This document shows positions 55,259-64,000 of a stretch of 64,000 nucleotides of DNA, in pieces. Below the pieces are notes generated by a model. The model was not told where the DNA came from. It saw only the letters and a list, made by a program, of their open reading frames with translations, and did not search any database. Location of the stretch: contig CAZPVP010000003.1 of assembly GCA_964590345.1 (NCBI GenBank), positions 3,634 to 67,633 of the forward strand. Reading direction: 5' to 3'. The translations under genes were made by a program, and so were the position numbers. Positions within the stretch are counted from its first letter, which is position 1. Each line of letters opens with the position of its first letter. The DNA is from an uncultured Gammaproteobacteria bacterium. GTDB taxonomy: Bacteria; Patescibacteriota; Patescibacteriia; CAIXNZ01.

Positions 55259-55683
55259 TTTCGAATTTTATTGTGAAAAATATTTTTTAAAACATTAGCC
55301 AAGAAAAAGAAAATAAGGGCTTGGAGCAAATCATAAACGTTAATCCCTTTTGCACTTATAAAACCAATGATTAAAATAAAAATTGTGCCTAAATAAATAA
55401 CCGTGTCAATTAAATAAAATTCAAATCCTGTAACAATTATTTCATATTGAGTGATGCCTTGTTCTTTATCTTTTTTAAATCTAAATTTGTGTTTGGTTAA
55501 AGTTAGAATTAAGGCAAAAATTAAAATAATTACGGGGCCCCAGAAAATTAAAATTTTTCCCAATGTTTCAGTCAGGTCAGGGAAAAACCACCACATAATT
55601 ACAACTCCAATAATAATTAGCCAAACTATATACTTAGAAAAAAGATTTAAAATTATTGCTTTAAATTTTTCTAAACTAGTCAT
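55255..55683 (-). CDS. integral membrane protein (4 TM), unknown function
   Basis: Hydrophobicity. Operonic with the flanking hydrolase genes. Confidence 0.45.
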   Translation of the reverse strand: MTSLEKFKAIILNLFSKYIVWLIIIGVVIMWWFFPDLTETLGKILIFWGPVIILIFALILTLTKHKFRFKKDKEQGITQYEIIVTGFEFYLIDTVIYLGTIFILIIGFISAKGINVYDLLQALIFFFLANVLKNIFHNKIRK

Positions 55684-55716
55684 ATTTTTTTAGTATAAGT
55701 GTAAGATGAATATTTT

Positions 55717-56952
55717 TTATGGCAGATACTCTAAAGGGTTAACAGGAATACCATTTAATCTAACTTCAAAGTGCAAATGCGGACCAGTGGATAATCTGCC
55801 TGCGCCTAAAGTCCCGGGCATGCCTCCTGTTAAGCCGATAACATCGCCTGCTTTTACATAAGTATCAGGTTTAACATAAATGGCGCTAACATGGCCATAA
55901 ACCGTGGAAATGCCATTATCATGGATTAAAATAATGTAACTATAGCCATAACCGGCATCTTTGGCTCTGGCAACATAACCATTAGCTGGTGCTTTGATTT
56001 GACTTCCCTGCTGGGCCCTGAGATCAATAGCTGGATGTTCAAAAATATAGCGATAAGGATAATCAGGGTCATGAAAATAAGCAGTAATTATATGCGGTGG
56101 TGGTGATGGCCAGGAAACTAAAGTAGTTTTTGGTGAAGAAGAGCCGCTTCTAATTCGGGCAACTTTATTTTTAAGCTGTTCTTGTAAATTTAAGACATCA
56201 CTGTCAATTTCATTTTGCCTTTGCTTTGCTTCTACTAAAAGTTTTTGGAATTGGATTTCAGATGATTTGGTCTCTAAAAGCAGGACTTCTTTGGCTTTTT
56301 GTTCATCTTTAAGTTTGGCTTCTTGGGCTTCTAAGGTTAATTGTAATTGCTCTAATTCTTGTTTTTGCCTTTCTTTGTCAACTTTTTGAACTTCGATAGC
56401 TTCTTTTAAAAGTTTTAGACGATCAACAGTATTTTTAATATTAGCTTGTATTTCTTCCAAATAGCTAAGTTGGCTAAAAAAATCAGCAAAAGAATCATTT
56501 AAAATTAAAATTTCTAAATAAGATTTTTGATCATTTTGATGAATTAATTTAATGTATTCCATTAAATTTTCTTTTTGTCGGTCAATTTCATTTTTTTCTT
56601 TAGCAATCTGATAATCCATAGATTCAAGCTCTAACTTTGTTTTATCAACTTGTAGTTGAGTTGTTTTAATATCTAATTCTATTTTTAAAATTTGATTATC
56701 CAGAAGTCCTATTTGGTTTTTCAAAGTAGCTGATTTGGCTTTATATTCTTCAACTTTTTGGGCATATTCTTCAGCAGCTTTTTTTAAATTCTCAATTTTA
56801 TTTTTGCTATCCTCTATTTGTTCGTTAATATCCTGGATTTCAGGGGTATTAGCGTATAAATTATAATCATTTTTTTGAGCAATAACAAAACTGGAGCTTA
56901 AAATCAATAAACTCAAAATTACAAGAAAAGCTAATTTATTTTTCTTTTTCAT
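55717..56952 (-). CDS. M23-family metallopeptidase with long N-terminal coiled coil (EnvC-like)
   Basis: Signal peptide, heptad-rich region, and M23 motifs HPAIDLRA...GYGYSYIILIHDNGISTVYGH...GPHLHFEV. Confidence 0.85.
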   Translation of the reverse strand: MKKKNKLAFLVILSLLILSSSFVIAQKNDYNLYANTPEIQDINEQIEDSKNKIENLKKAAEEYAQKVEEYKAKSATLKNQIGLLDNQILKIELDIKTTQLQVDKTKLELESMDYQIAKEKNEIDRQKENLMEYIKLIHQNDQKSYLEILILNDSFADFFSQLSYLEEIQANIKNTVDRLKLLKEAIEVQKVDKERQKQELEQLQLTLEAQEAKLKDEQKAKEVLLLETKSSEIQFQKLLVEAKQRQNEIDSDVLNLQEQLKNKVARIRSGSSSPKTTLVSWPSPPPHIITAYFHDPDYPYRYIFEHPAIDLRAQQGSQIKAPANGYVARAKDAGYGYSYIILIHDNGISTVYGHVSAIYVKPDTYVKAGDVIGLTGGMPGTLGAGRLSTGPHLHFEVRLNGIPVNPLEYLP

Positions 56953-57013
56953 TTATTTATATTATAGCAGATTTTGAGCGATTTAGAAATAAAAAAATCA
57001 GCATTGTTGAACC

Positions 57014-57041
57014 GTAGAGACACGCCATGGCGTGTCTCTAC
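57014..57041. promoter_or_regulatory. perfect 28-bp GC-rich palindrome GTAGAGACACGCCATGGCGTGTCTCTAC downstream of gltX (terminator-like hairpin or protein-binding site)
   Basis: Read directly. On the minus strand, the U-tract lies 16 nt beyond the stem. Confidence 0.4.
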
Positions 57042-57086
57042 TCTACAAATATATAATTTTGTATTTACGCAACAATGCAGATTTTT

Positions 57087-58580
57087 TTATTTAAGTTTAT
57101 TCTGCGCTTGATTAATTCGTTCAATTGCTTTCTTTTTACCCAAAACCCAGGCAATTTCAAATGGTGAAGGAGAATTTTGCTGGCCTGACAATGCTACGCG
57201 CATTGGCCAGAGCATGTCCCCTACTCCATGATTATTTTTTTTGATCCAGTTGGTGATTTTTTTTTCCAAGGTTTCAATTTTATTAAAATCACCATCAGAT
57301 AAAGTAATTAAAAAGTCCTCTAATTTAACCAAATTTTCCAAAGTCGTTGCCCTATTTGATTTTTTCCAAATTAATAATTCTGGCTGGTATTTAATATCTT
57401 TATAGAAAAATTCTGTGTTTTGGCTAATATCAGACAATTTTTTAAGTCGTTCCTGCTCAATTTCAACAATTTTTTCAAGAATTTTTTTATCTTTAATTTT
57501 AGGCAAATACGGCTGGCAAAGTTTGATCAATTTCGGCAATTTCATCTGTCGGATATACCAACCGTTTATCCAGTCCAGTTTTTCCAGGTCAAAAACAGCT
57601 CCTGATTTGTTAATATTATCCAAAGAAAATGCCTCAATTAAATTTTTTACTTCGCCGTTTTTTAATTCAAAATCATCAAGTAATTTTGGCAGATTAAAAA
57701 GCTCATCAGTACTCCCTTGGCCCGGATTCCAGCCTAATAAAGCGACAAAATTAAGCAAAGCAGCCGGTAAATAGCCTTTTGCCAAATATTCGCCGACAGC
57801 CACATCACTTTGCCGTTTACTAAGTTTTGATTTGTCTGGATTTAAAAGTAATGGTAAGTGGGCAAATTTTGGCAAGTCCCAGCCTAAAGCTTTATATAAT
57901 TTTATATGCTTAATAGTACTGGAAAGGAATTCTTCACCCCGAATAACATGGCTGATTTTCATTTCGTGGTCGTCAATTACATTGGCAAAATTATAAGTAG
58001 GATAACCGTCGCTTTTGATCATTACAAAATCATCTTGATATTCCATGTCTACTGCGATATTGCCATGTATTTCGTCGCGCCAATGTTCGTGCTCTTTTGT
58101 GGGAACATTGTTGTCAGGTAGCATTTTAAACCTAATAACATATTTTTCATTATTGGCGATTTTTTCTTTAATTTGTTTTACAGTTAATTGATTGCATTGG
58201 CGATAAGGCCCCCAATAACCGGGCGGTTTTTTGTCTTGCTTTTGCTTCTCACGGATCTTATCCAATTCTTCTTTGCTGCAAAAACAATAATAAGCTTTTC
58301 CTTCTTTTAATAATTTTTTTGCATAATCTTGGTAGATTTTTAGTCGTTTTGACTGATAAATAACTTTTTTATTATGCCTTTTTAATTCAAACAGGTCTAA
58401 AAGCTCAATTATTTTTTTATCAGAGCCCTTGACTAATCTTGCTTGGTCAGTATCTTCTATTCGCAATAGAAATTTTCCCTTATGCTTTTTAGCAAATAAA
58501 AAATTATATAAAGCCGTTCTTAGGCTGCCTACGTGTAAATAGCCGGTCGGGCTCGGCGGAAATCTGGTGATTATGTTCAT
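57087..58580 (-). CDS. gltX: glutamyl-tRNA synthetase
   Basis: PSPTGYLHVGSLRTAL (HIGH region), KLSKRQ (KMSKS-like), class I catalytic-core pattern. Confidence 0.95.
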   Translation of the reverse strand: MNIITRFPPSPTGYLHVGSLRTALYNFLFAKKHKGKFLLRIEDTDQARLVKGSDKKIIELLDLFELKRHNKKVIYQSKRLKIYQDYAKKLLKEGKAYYCFCSKEELDKIREKQKQDKKPPGYWGPYRQCNQLTVKQIKEKIANNEKYVIRFKMLPDNNVPTKEHEHWRDEIHGNIAVDMEYQDDFVMIKSDGYPTYNFANVIDDHEMKISHVIRGEEFLSSTIKHIKLYKALGWDLPKFAHLPLLLNPDKSKLSKRQSDVAVGEYLAKGYLPAALLNFVALLGWNPGQGSTDELFNLPKLLDDFELKNGEVKNLIEAFSLDNINKSGAVFDLEKLDWINGWYIRQMKLPKLIKLCQPYLPKIKDKKILEKIVEIEQERLKKLSDISQNTEFFYKDIKYQPELLIWKKSNRATTLENLVKLEDFLITLSDGDFNKIETLEKKITNWIKKNNHGVGDMLWPMRVALSGQQNSPSPFEIAWVLGKKKAIERINQAQNKLK

Positions 58581-58582
58581 AA

Positions 58583-58933
58583 TTAATGATTTATTTTTTG
58601 TTTAAAATTTTTGATTAAGTTAACCCGTTTTAAAATCTCGTTTTTATTGTCTTTGTCAGCCAAAGCTTCTGATATTTGATCTTCAGATAAATCACTCAAT
58701 GCTATTATACTGATAAATTCTTTAAATCGTTTTTGAATCTCTGCTGGATAATTTTTTAGTTTATTCATTAATTCTACAGTGCTATGCCCTTGAATATATT
58801 TTTGTTTAGCTAATTCTAATATCAGTTCTTTTTCTGAAAGTTGTTTTTGCGAATCAGCTTCAGCAATTTTTTCTAGATTTTTAAAATGAGGTTGATCTTC
58901 TTTTTTAGGTTGTAATTTTTCTAAATTTGGCAT
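58583..58933 (-). CDS. hypothetical helical protein (116 aa)
   Basis: ORF, 2 nt downstream of gltX on the same strand. Confidence 0.4.
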   Translation of the reverse strand: MPNLEKLQPKKEDQPHFKNLEKIAEADSQKQLSEKELILELAKQKYIQGHSTVELMNKLKNYPAEIQKRFKEFISIIALSDLSEDQISEALADKDNKNEILKRVNLIKNFKQKINH

Positions 58934-58935
58934 AT

Positions 58936-60117
58936 TTATAAGTATTTTTTAAATCCATCTAAGCCAATCTTTATAAGCGGTTTTTTAAAATCCGGAACTT
59001 TATCTAAAATTTTATCTTTGTTTATCCATTGCCATTCAATGAATTCATTGGGATCCAATTTTATCTCATCGTCATTGCCTTGGAATTTCAGCAGAAAAAG
59101 CGATTGGATTTGTCCTTTGAAACGATCCCAGCCTTGATCGGGTTTTGTCCAAGTATATTTGTGGCAATTGGGCAGCCAATCTAAAATTTTTACATTATCG
59201 GTGCCGATTTCTTGCCTTAATTCCCTTAGTATATCCTTTTCATATTCCTGCTTTGTTTTTGCATTTTTAGCACCGCCTTGAGGTAGCTGCCAATAATTTC
59301 TGGTCGCATGTTTGGCGATTAAAATTTTTTTATCCTGATTAATAATAAAACCCGCTACATTTTTTCTGTAAAAAAACGAATTGCCAATACGAAATTTGAT
59401 GCAGACTAATGGAAATATTATAACAGCATTAAAAATTCTTTTCCAACGTTTTGGCTCTTGCAATAAACGCCAAAGCCATTCTATGCCTAATTCCCGCCAA
59501 AATTCCGGCGCTCTTTTTAGCCGGCCGGCAATAAAATCCAAGCTTCCGCCAATGCCTAACATCAATTTTGTCTCTAATTTGTCAATATTATTATTAATAA
59601 AATATTCTTGCTTCGGACAACCAAAATTGACTAATATGATATTGGGCTGAAATTCGTTTATTTGTGAAATTAAATTTTGGTTTTCAAAATTTCCCTTGTT
59701 ATCAACTTTGCCGGGATCAAGGTAGTTTATTTTTAATTCAGGATGTTTTTGCCCGATCATTTTTAGCGCACGTTCCCCTATTTTGGGTTGACCTTCAAAA
59801 AATAATATTGAGTAATTATTTTGTTCAGCCAATATAAGCAGTTGCCAGCAAAGATCAACGCCTGTTGTTAAGTTATGTAATTTTTTGCCAAAAAATAATG
59901 CTCCGATTTTTAAACCAAAACCGTCAGGGATTGAGATAAAAGATTTTTTTATGATTCTTCTAAGAAATTTGTCTTTATAGGCTTTTAAGCAAATTTCAGG
60001 ATTTGGTGTGACAATAAATCCTTTGTTTTGGCTTTTTAATAAATTTTGGATTTCTTGAATAGTTTCATCAAGCGAGATATCATTAATTTTTGTTCCTAAA
60101 ATAAATAATTTGCGCAT
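58936..60117 (-). CDS. fusion of a WecB/TagA/CpsF-family (GT26) glycosyltransferase and a C-terminal NUDIX hydrolase
   Basis: GT26 pattern (VTPNPE...FISIPDGFGL...ILVNFGCPKQE...GIGGSLDFIAG). Nudix box GGAKNAKTKQEYEKDILRELRQEIG. Confidence 0.7.
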   Translation of the reverse strand: MRKLFILGTKINDISLDETIQEIQNLLKSQNKGFIVTPNPEICLKAYKDKFLRRIIKKSFISIPDGFGLKIGALFFGKKLHNLTTGVDLCWQLLILAEQNNYSILFFEGQPKIGERALKMIGQKHPELKINYLDPGKVDNKGNFENQNLISQINEFQPNIILVNFGCPKQEYFINNNIDKLETKLMLGIGGSLDFIAGRLKRAPEFWRELGIEWLWRLLQEPKRWKRIFNAVIIFPLVCIKFRIGNSFFYRKNVAGFIINQDKKILIAKHATRNYWQLPQGGAKNAKTKQEYEKDILRELRQEIGTDNVKILDWLPNCHKYTWTKPDQGWDRFKGQIQSLFLLKFQGNDDEIKLDPNEFIEWQWINKDKILDKVPDFKKPLIKIGLDGFKKYL

Positions 60118-61538
60118 TATTTTGAATAATAAATATTTACAGGCGTGCCAATATCAGCCCAATCATAAAGCCATTTGGCATCAGGAATTTTAAGATTAAC
60201 ACAGCCATGGCTGACGCGCCAGCCAAAACTCCAATGCCAATAAGCCCCATGAATTAAATGATTTTTATAAAAAAGCAAATTCCAGGGCACATTAGGTAAA
60301 TCATAATTATCAGGATGATTTGGGCCATAATCTCCAGACATATGTGTCTTTGGTATTTTGTCTAAAATTTTAAAATTGCCTAAAGGCGTTGGATATTTCC
60401 AAGTTCCTGTTGATACCCAAAATTCTTTTTCTAAACGACCTTTATAGTAAGCATAAAGTTTTTGTTTTCTGATATCAACTTCAATAATTTTATATGATTG
60501 ATATTTGTTAATGGTTGAAATTGATTGTGTGGCAGCTAAAATTTCTGTTTGACCATCATTATCTATATCACCATCAGCGATAGAAATTCCTCCTTTAAAA
60601 TCCTGCCAAATAAAAAGATTTGGGTTAACCTTTTCTTGTCCCAGGCCGTTAAAAATTTTTAAATGAGCAGCACCGCTAAATCCAGGGCCGGTCAAAATAT
60701 CCAAATAACCATCCTGGTCAACATCGCTAGTAGCTAGGTTAACCCCGCCCCAAAAATTAGGATCATAAGCTAAAAATTGATTAAGTAAATTACCATTATA
60801 ATCAAAAATTTTAATTTTTGGCTCGTGGCTTAAAACTGGTGCAGTTATTATTTCGGCTTTTTTATCATTATCTAAATCAGCTGCCAAGACATTAACTCCG
60901 CCTAAAAAATCATCTTTGTAAGCATAAAAACCTTTTATAAAATTACTATAGGGATCAAAAATTTTAACTACTGGTTCCATGCCATGGCCAGCACTAACTA
61001 AGATTTCTTGCTGATTATCTCTATTAACATCACCAACTGAGACATTGGCTCCGCCTCTTAAATTTTTCTCAAAAGCAAAAAAATCAAAATAAAGATGGCC
61101 TAAATTATTAAAAATTCTAATATGCGGTCCCCCGCCTTCATTAGGCGCAGTAATGATTTCAGGGATGCCATCATTGTATAAATCTGCTACTGCTACTTTT
61201 AATCCTCTATTAAAAGTTGGCGCATAAGCAAGGAATTCATATTGAAATTCGCCTTGATGATTGAATATTTTGACTAAAGGTTTTTCATTGCGGCCAGCAG
61301 CGACAATTATTTCTTTATCGCCATCAGCATCTAAATCAGCTGTAGTTATGTGCGCGCCCTCAACTTGCGAATTTTCGGAAAAAGGAAAAAGCTCTTTTTC
61401 TAATTGAAAATTATCAGTGTTTAAAATACGCACAGTAGGTCTGGTTATTTCTGGTTCTTTTATTTTTTCCGCCTCTTGAGCTATGGTCGAAAGTGGCAAA
61501 ATTAAACAAAAAATTGTCAGAAGAATTATTTTTTTCAT
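60117..61538 (-). CDS. secreted FG-GAP/VCBS-repeat beta-propeller fused to a C-terminal L,D-transpeptidase (YkuD) domain
   Basis: Repeated ADLDADGDKEIIVAAG / DLYNDGIPEIITAP / DVNRDNQQEILVSAG blocks. YkuD catalytic motif SHGCVNL. Confidence 0.7.
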   Translation of the reverse strand: MKKIILLTIFCLILPLSTIAQEAEKIKEPEITRPTVRILNTDNFQLEKELFPFSENSQVEGAHITTADLDADGDKEIIVAAGRNEKPLVKIFNHQGEFQYEFLAYAPTFNRGLKVAVADLYNDGIPEIITAPNEGGGPHIRIFNNLGHLYFDFFAFEKNLRGGANVSVGDVNRDNQQEILVSAGHGMEPVVKIFDPYSNFIKGFYAYKDDFLGGVNVLAADLDNDKKAEIITAPVLSHEPKIKIFDYNGNLLNQFLAYDPNFWGGVNLATSDVDQDGYLDILTGPGFSGAAHLKIFNGLGQEKVNPNLFIWQDFKGGISIADGDIDNDGQTEILAATQSISTINKYQSYKIIEVDIRKQKLYAYYKGRLEKEFWVSTGTWKYPTPLGNFKILDKIPKTHMSGDYGPNHPDNYDLPNVPWNLLFYKNHLIHGAYWHWSFGWRVSHGCVNLKIPDAKWLYDWADIGTPVNIYYSK

Positions 61539-61700
61539 GTTTTAATTATACTATTTTCTTTAAACTTAGGCAAAATTATTATTGCCGCCAAAATATAGAA
61601 AGCCGCCAGGATTTTAAATGGAAATTTGGGAGGTTTCCATGACCAAAGCATAAATTGCTTTTTTCCTGGCGGCTTATTCCATATTATTTTATTTTGCTAA

Positions 61701-62321
61701 TTATGTCAATTTATATTGCTTAACAATAGAATAAATTGGGCCTTGGGAGGTTAAATTGCTTTCCATGAGGTCTATTGTTTGAATGCTGAATTCTGAGAGC
61801 TGAAAGCTGAATTTTGGAATTTGGACGGAGGTTTTAAATTTTACGCGGCCTAAAGTTAAATGCAAGCGAAAGGGGCGTTTATCTATTTTAAAACCCAGCC
61901 ATTCCAATGCTTTCCCTGTTTTTCTTTGCAATTCAATGGTTTGGCCATTATTTAATTCTTTCATTTCTAAAAAAATTACTTTGGGATTATTTAAATCGGG
62001 GAAAGCATCAATAGCGTTTGAAAGTCGGAATTTTAAAGTTGAAAATTCGGCGATTATTGGTTTTAAAGCTTGATTTATTGCTTCAATATTCTCTTCAGGT
62101 ATGGGTCCGAGGAAATGCAGCGTTAAGTGAAAATTATCTTTAGCTACCCATTTAATTGGCTTATTTTTATTAGCTTTTTGTAATTTTAAAACTAGATTGA
62201 AGAGCTCGTCTTTAATCTCTATAGGCAAATTTATAGCTAAGAATAAACGTTTTGTCATGCTTTTAGTATAACTATTAAAAATTTCCTTGCCAAGTCGTTC
62301 GCGAACAAATTGGCTTGACAA
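61701..62321 (-). CDS. thpR: RNA 2',3'-cyclic phosphodiesterase / 2'-5' RNA ligase (2H family)
   Basis: Two H-x-T-x motifs (FHLTLHFLG, LHLTLGRV). The track start is a TTG. The in-frame ATG at 62258 (MTKRLFLAINLP) is a likelier start. Confidence 0.8.
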   Translation of the reverse strand: MSSQFVRERLGKEIFNSYTKSMTKRLFLAINLPIEIKDELFNLVLKLQKANKNKPIKWVAKDNFHLTLHFLGPIPEENIEAINQALKPIIAEFSTLKFRLSNAIDAFPDLNNPKVIFLEMKELNNGQTIELQRKTGKALEWLGFKIDKRPFRLHLTLGRVKFKTSVQIPKFSFQLSEFSIQTIDLMESNLTSQGPIYSIVKQYKLT

Positions 62322-62461
62322 TGGAAATAAGGGTTTTATAATTAAAATATGAAGTGTTCTTGTAGATCTATTGGCCCGATCTGCTATTGTCTACACTCCT
62401 TTTCCCTCTCCAAGCGAGAGGTTTTGGACCCATGGGGACTTAACCAGTCCCCTCTTTTTTT
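62315..62461 (+). ncRNA. autonomous promoter-to-terminator unit: TTGACA-16-TATAAT, a ~110-nt transcript, and terminator GGGGACTtaaccAGTCCCC plus T9; candidate sRNA (or leaderless Cys-rich micro-ORF MKCSCRSIGPICYCL...)
   Basis: Near-consensus promoter at 62315-62342 and a strong intrinsic terminator at 62434-62461. Internal stems (CCTCTCcaagcGAGAGG). No upstream same-strand gene. Confidence 0.4.
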
Positions 62462-62645
62462 TATTATAACTTAAATCGTTAGTTTTATTAACTTTTTTTC
62501 TTATGTTATACTTGAATTATGAAACTAACGCAATTTTGGATTAATACTAATTTTTGGTTACATATTTACAAATATTTACTTTTTTTTTACTGATTTGTAA
62601 ATTAGGAACAGATTTGTATGTTCGTATCATGAAATTTGTATTCAT

Positions 62646-63671
62646 ATGAAATTAGCTAAATTCTGGATCAAAAAGCCAGACAACAAAATCCAATGCCAAT
62701 TATGCAATCATTATTGCTTAATTGCTGAAAATAAAACCGGAGTTTGCGGGGTGCGGAAAAATATTAAAGGCAAGCTCTATTCTTTGGTTTATGGTAAAGT
62801 GATTGCTGAAAATATTGATCCCATTGAGAAAAAGCCGCTTTTTCATTTTTTGCCAGGTAGCATAAGTTATTCAATTGCCACTGTTGGCTGTAATTTTAAA
62901 TGTTTGCATTGCCAGAATGCTGATATTTCACAATACCCTATTGATGAGCAATTAAAAGATGAGAAACTTGTACCTGGGAAACAAATAACAACGGAAGAAG
63001 TTGTCAGAAGAGCTGTAAGAGCTAAATGTGAGTCAATTGCTTACACTTATACTGAGCCAACGATTTATGCTGAATTTGCTCTTGATTGTATGAAATTAGC
63101 GAAAAAATCTGGCTTAAAAAATGTCTGGGTGTCTAATGGCTACACTGCCAAGGAAGCCTGGCCCAAAATACTCCCCTATTTGGATGCTATTAATGTTGAT
63201 TTGAAATTTTTTAAGAATGAAACTTATTTAAAAATTTGCGGTGCGAACTTACAGCCCATTTTAGATAATCTAAAATTATTAAATCGCAAAAAAATTTGGC
63301 TGGAAGTGACTACATTGATCATCCCAGGTTTAAATGATTCTCCAGAAGAATTAACTGAAATTACTAAATTTATTAAAAATTATTTGGGCAAAGAAACACC
63401 TTGGCATATTTCCCGTTTTTTCCCTCAATATAAAATGAAGGACAAAGATTCAACCCAAGAGCAATTAATTTATAATGCTTATAAAATCGGCAAACAAGCT
63501 GGCTTAAAATATATTTATGGCGGCAATATTGTTTCTGATATTCATGAAAATACTTACTGCCCCAAATGCAATGAATTGATTCTTCGGCGAACCGGTTATG
63601 ATACTGATAGGTTTGATAAAAATGGACAATGTCCCAAATGCGGTGAAAAAATTGATTTAATTTTAGATTAA
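62646..63671 (+). CDS. radical SAM enzyme of the AmmeMemoRadiSam (AmrS) / PFL-activase-like family
   Basis: N-terminal CQLCNHYC...GVCGVR cluster, radical SAM CNFKCLHCQN, C-terminal CPKCN...CPKCG. Confidence 0.75.
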   Translation: MKLAKFWIKKPDNKIQCQLCNHYCLIAENKTGVCGVRKNIKGKLYSLVYGKVIAENIDPIEKKPLFHFLPGSISYSIATVGCNFKCLHCQNADISQYPIDEQLKDEKLVPGKQITTEEVVRRAVRAKCESIAYTYTEPTIYAEFALDCMKLAKKSGLKNVWVSNGYTAKEAWPKILPYLDAINVDLKFFKNETYLKICGANLQPILDNLKLLNRKKIWLEVTTLIIPGLNDSPEELTEITKFIKNYLGKETPWHISRFFPQYKMKDKDSTQEQLIYNAYKIGKQAGLKYIYGGNIVSDIHENTYCPKCNELILRRTGYDTDRFDKNGQCPKCGEKIDLILD

Positions 63672-63728
63672 TTGCTGAATTCGAAATCCAATCCCCAATT
63701 AGGAATTGGATTCCGAGTAAAGCTGATC

Positions 63729-63758
63729 TCCCTATTGACAGGGCTTTTTTTATTTAAT
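63729..63758 (+). terminator. intrinsic terminator CCCTattgacAGGG followed by a T-run after the radical SAM gene
   Basis: Read directly. Confidence 0.5.
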
Positions 63759-63763
63759 ATACT
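63735..63763 (+). promoter_or_regulatory. sigma70-like promoter TTGACA-17-TATACT for clpB
   Basis: Read directly. It overlaps the preceding terminator. Confidence 0.45.
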
Positions 63764-63767
63764 AAAA

Positions 63768-63794
63768 TTAGCACTCTCTTACTTGGAGTGCTAA
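63768..63794 (+). promoter_or_regulatory. CIRCE element (HrcA operator) TTAGCACTC-N9-GAGTGCTAA
   Basis: Perfect match to the CIRCE consensus inverted repeat with a 9-nt spacer, placed between the promoter and clpB. Confidence 0.8.
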
Positions 63795-63874
63795 TAAAGT
63801 AACAATTATATATACCCCCACTTTAGTGGGCTAAAATTATCCTGCTAAAGCAGGGTATAAATAATATTCAATTA

Positions 63875-64000
63875 TGTTTAATATAAATAAATTCACAACC
63901 AAATCTCAGGAAGCTTTGCGGCATGCTCAGGAAATTGCCGCTGATAATCAGAATCAGCAGGTTGATGCTTTACATTTGTTCGCCTCTCTGCTTTTGCAGG
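63875..64000 (+). CDS. clpB: ClpB/ClpA-family AAA+ chaperone, N-terminal fragment (runs off the window)
   Basis: Clp_N repeat MFNINKFTTKSQEALRHAQEIAADNQNQQVDALHLFASLL. Confidence 0.7.

Noticed and set aside
52100-56952. Considered that the XerC/D-family recombinase plus downstream minus-strand hydrolase genes mark an integrated mobile element
   Set aside because: No flanking direct repeats or att-like duplication seen. Composition matches the rest of the window. XerC/D-type recombinases are normally core chromosome-resolution genes. The neighbouring genes (M23 peptidase, NlpC/P60) are plausible housekeeping wall-remodelling functions.
57014-57041. Perfect 28-bp palindrome as a canonical intrinsic terminator of gltX
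   Set aside because: On the minus strand the U-tract lies 16 nt beyond the stem rather than adjacent to it. I therefore list it as a terminator-like element or protein-binding site with reduced confidence, not as a firm terminator.
62349-62483. 44-codon ORF MKCSCRSIGPICYCLHSFSLSKREVLDPWGLNQSPLFFYYNLNR at the predicted transcription start of the 62315 unit
   Set aside because: It reads through the intrinsic terminator hairpin and T-run and has no SD, so a translated product is doubtful. Reported only as an alternative within the sRNA finding.
1-64000. CRISPR arrays, rRNA and tRNA genes
   Set aside because: No regularly spaced direct repeats with unique spacers. No stretches resembling 16S/23S/5S conserved blocks. 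No T-arm/cloverleaf candidates found on either strand by eye.

Overview
The 64 kb window is AT-rich (about 30% GC) with short intergenic spacers. It has a streamlined, host-dependent (CPR/Patescibacteria-like) gene content: a split transketolase, rpiB and rpe, many tRNA synthetases (MetRS, ProRS, LysRS, SerRS, GluRS), mreBCD-pbp2, rsmI, rnhB, a TatD-family hydrolase, greA, a UvrD-Cas4-like helicase-nuclease, and no other purine-biosynthesis genes. I found no rRNA, tRNA or CRISPR array. The feature that stands out is a ~17 kb same-strand block (21082-37906) of ten secreted or membrane-anchored proteins. At least six are paralogues sharing a ~130-170 aa C-terminal module that ends in an alternating hydrophobic strand (TPAGAYSNTVTITVIGNF). 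I read this module as a chaperone-usher-pilin-like domain of the spore coat U (SCPU) / CsuA/B kind. Embedded among them is a PapD-like beta-sandwich protein with a C-terminal transmembrane anchor that could act as a chaperone. The block also holds an adjacent dockerin/cohesin-like gene pair, two proteins with eight ~57-aa WSGSxWT repeats (probably beta-propellers), and a 1158-aa membrane-anchored protein with three LamG domains. Together these look like an undescribed cell-surface fibre and adhesion locus in a lineage that probably lacks an outer membrane and has no usher gene here. Other points: a PurF-like amidotransferase whose catalytic Cys1 is replaced by Ser; a rubredoxin-FTR catalytic-subunit fusion; WecB-NUDIX and FG-GAP/L,D-transpeptidase fusions; a perfect CIRCE operator in front of clpB; and two compact promoter-to-terminator units (8820-9018 and 62315-62461) that may encode small Cys-rich peptides or sRNAs. 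There is also a ~280 bp GC-rich structured intergenic island (17121-17400) and families of heptamer tandem repeats (TACGAAT, CTGARAT, ATCTAAT) clustered just past stop codons. All functional calls rest on motif recognition by eye and need HMM and structure confirmation.
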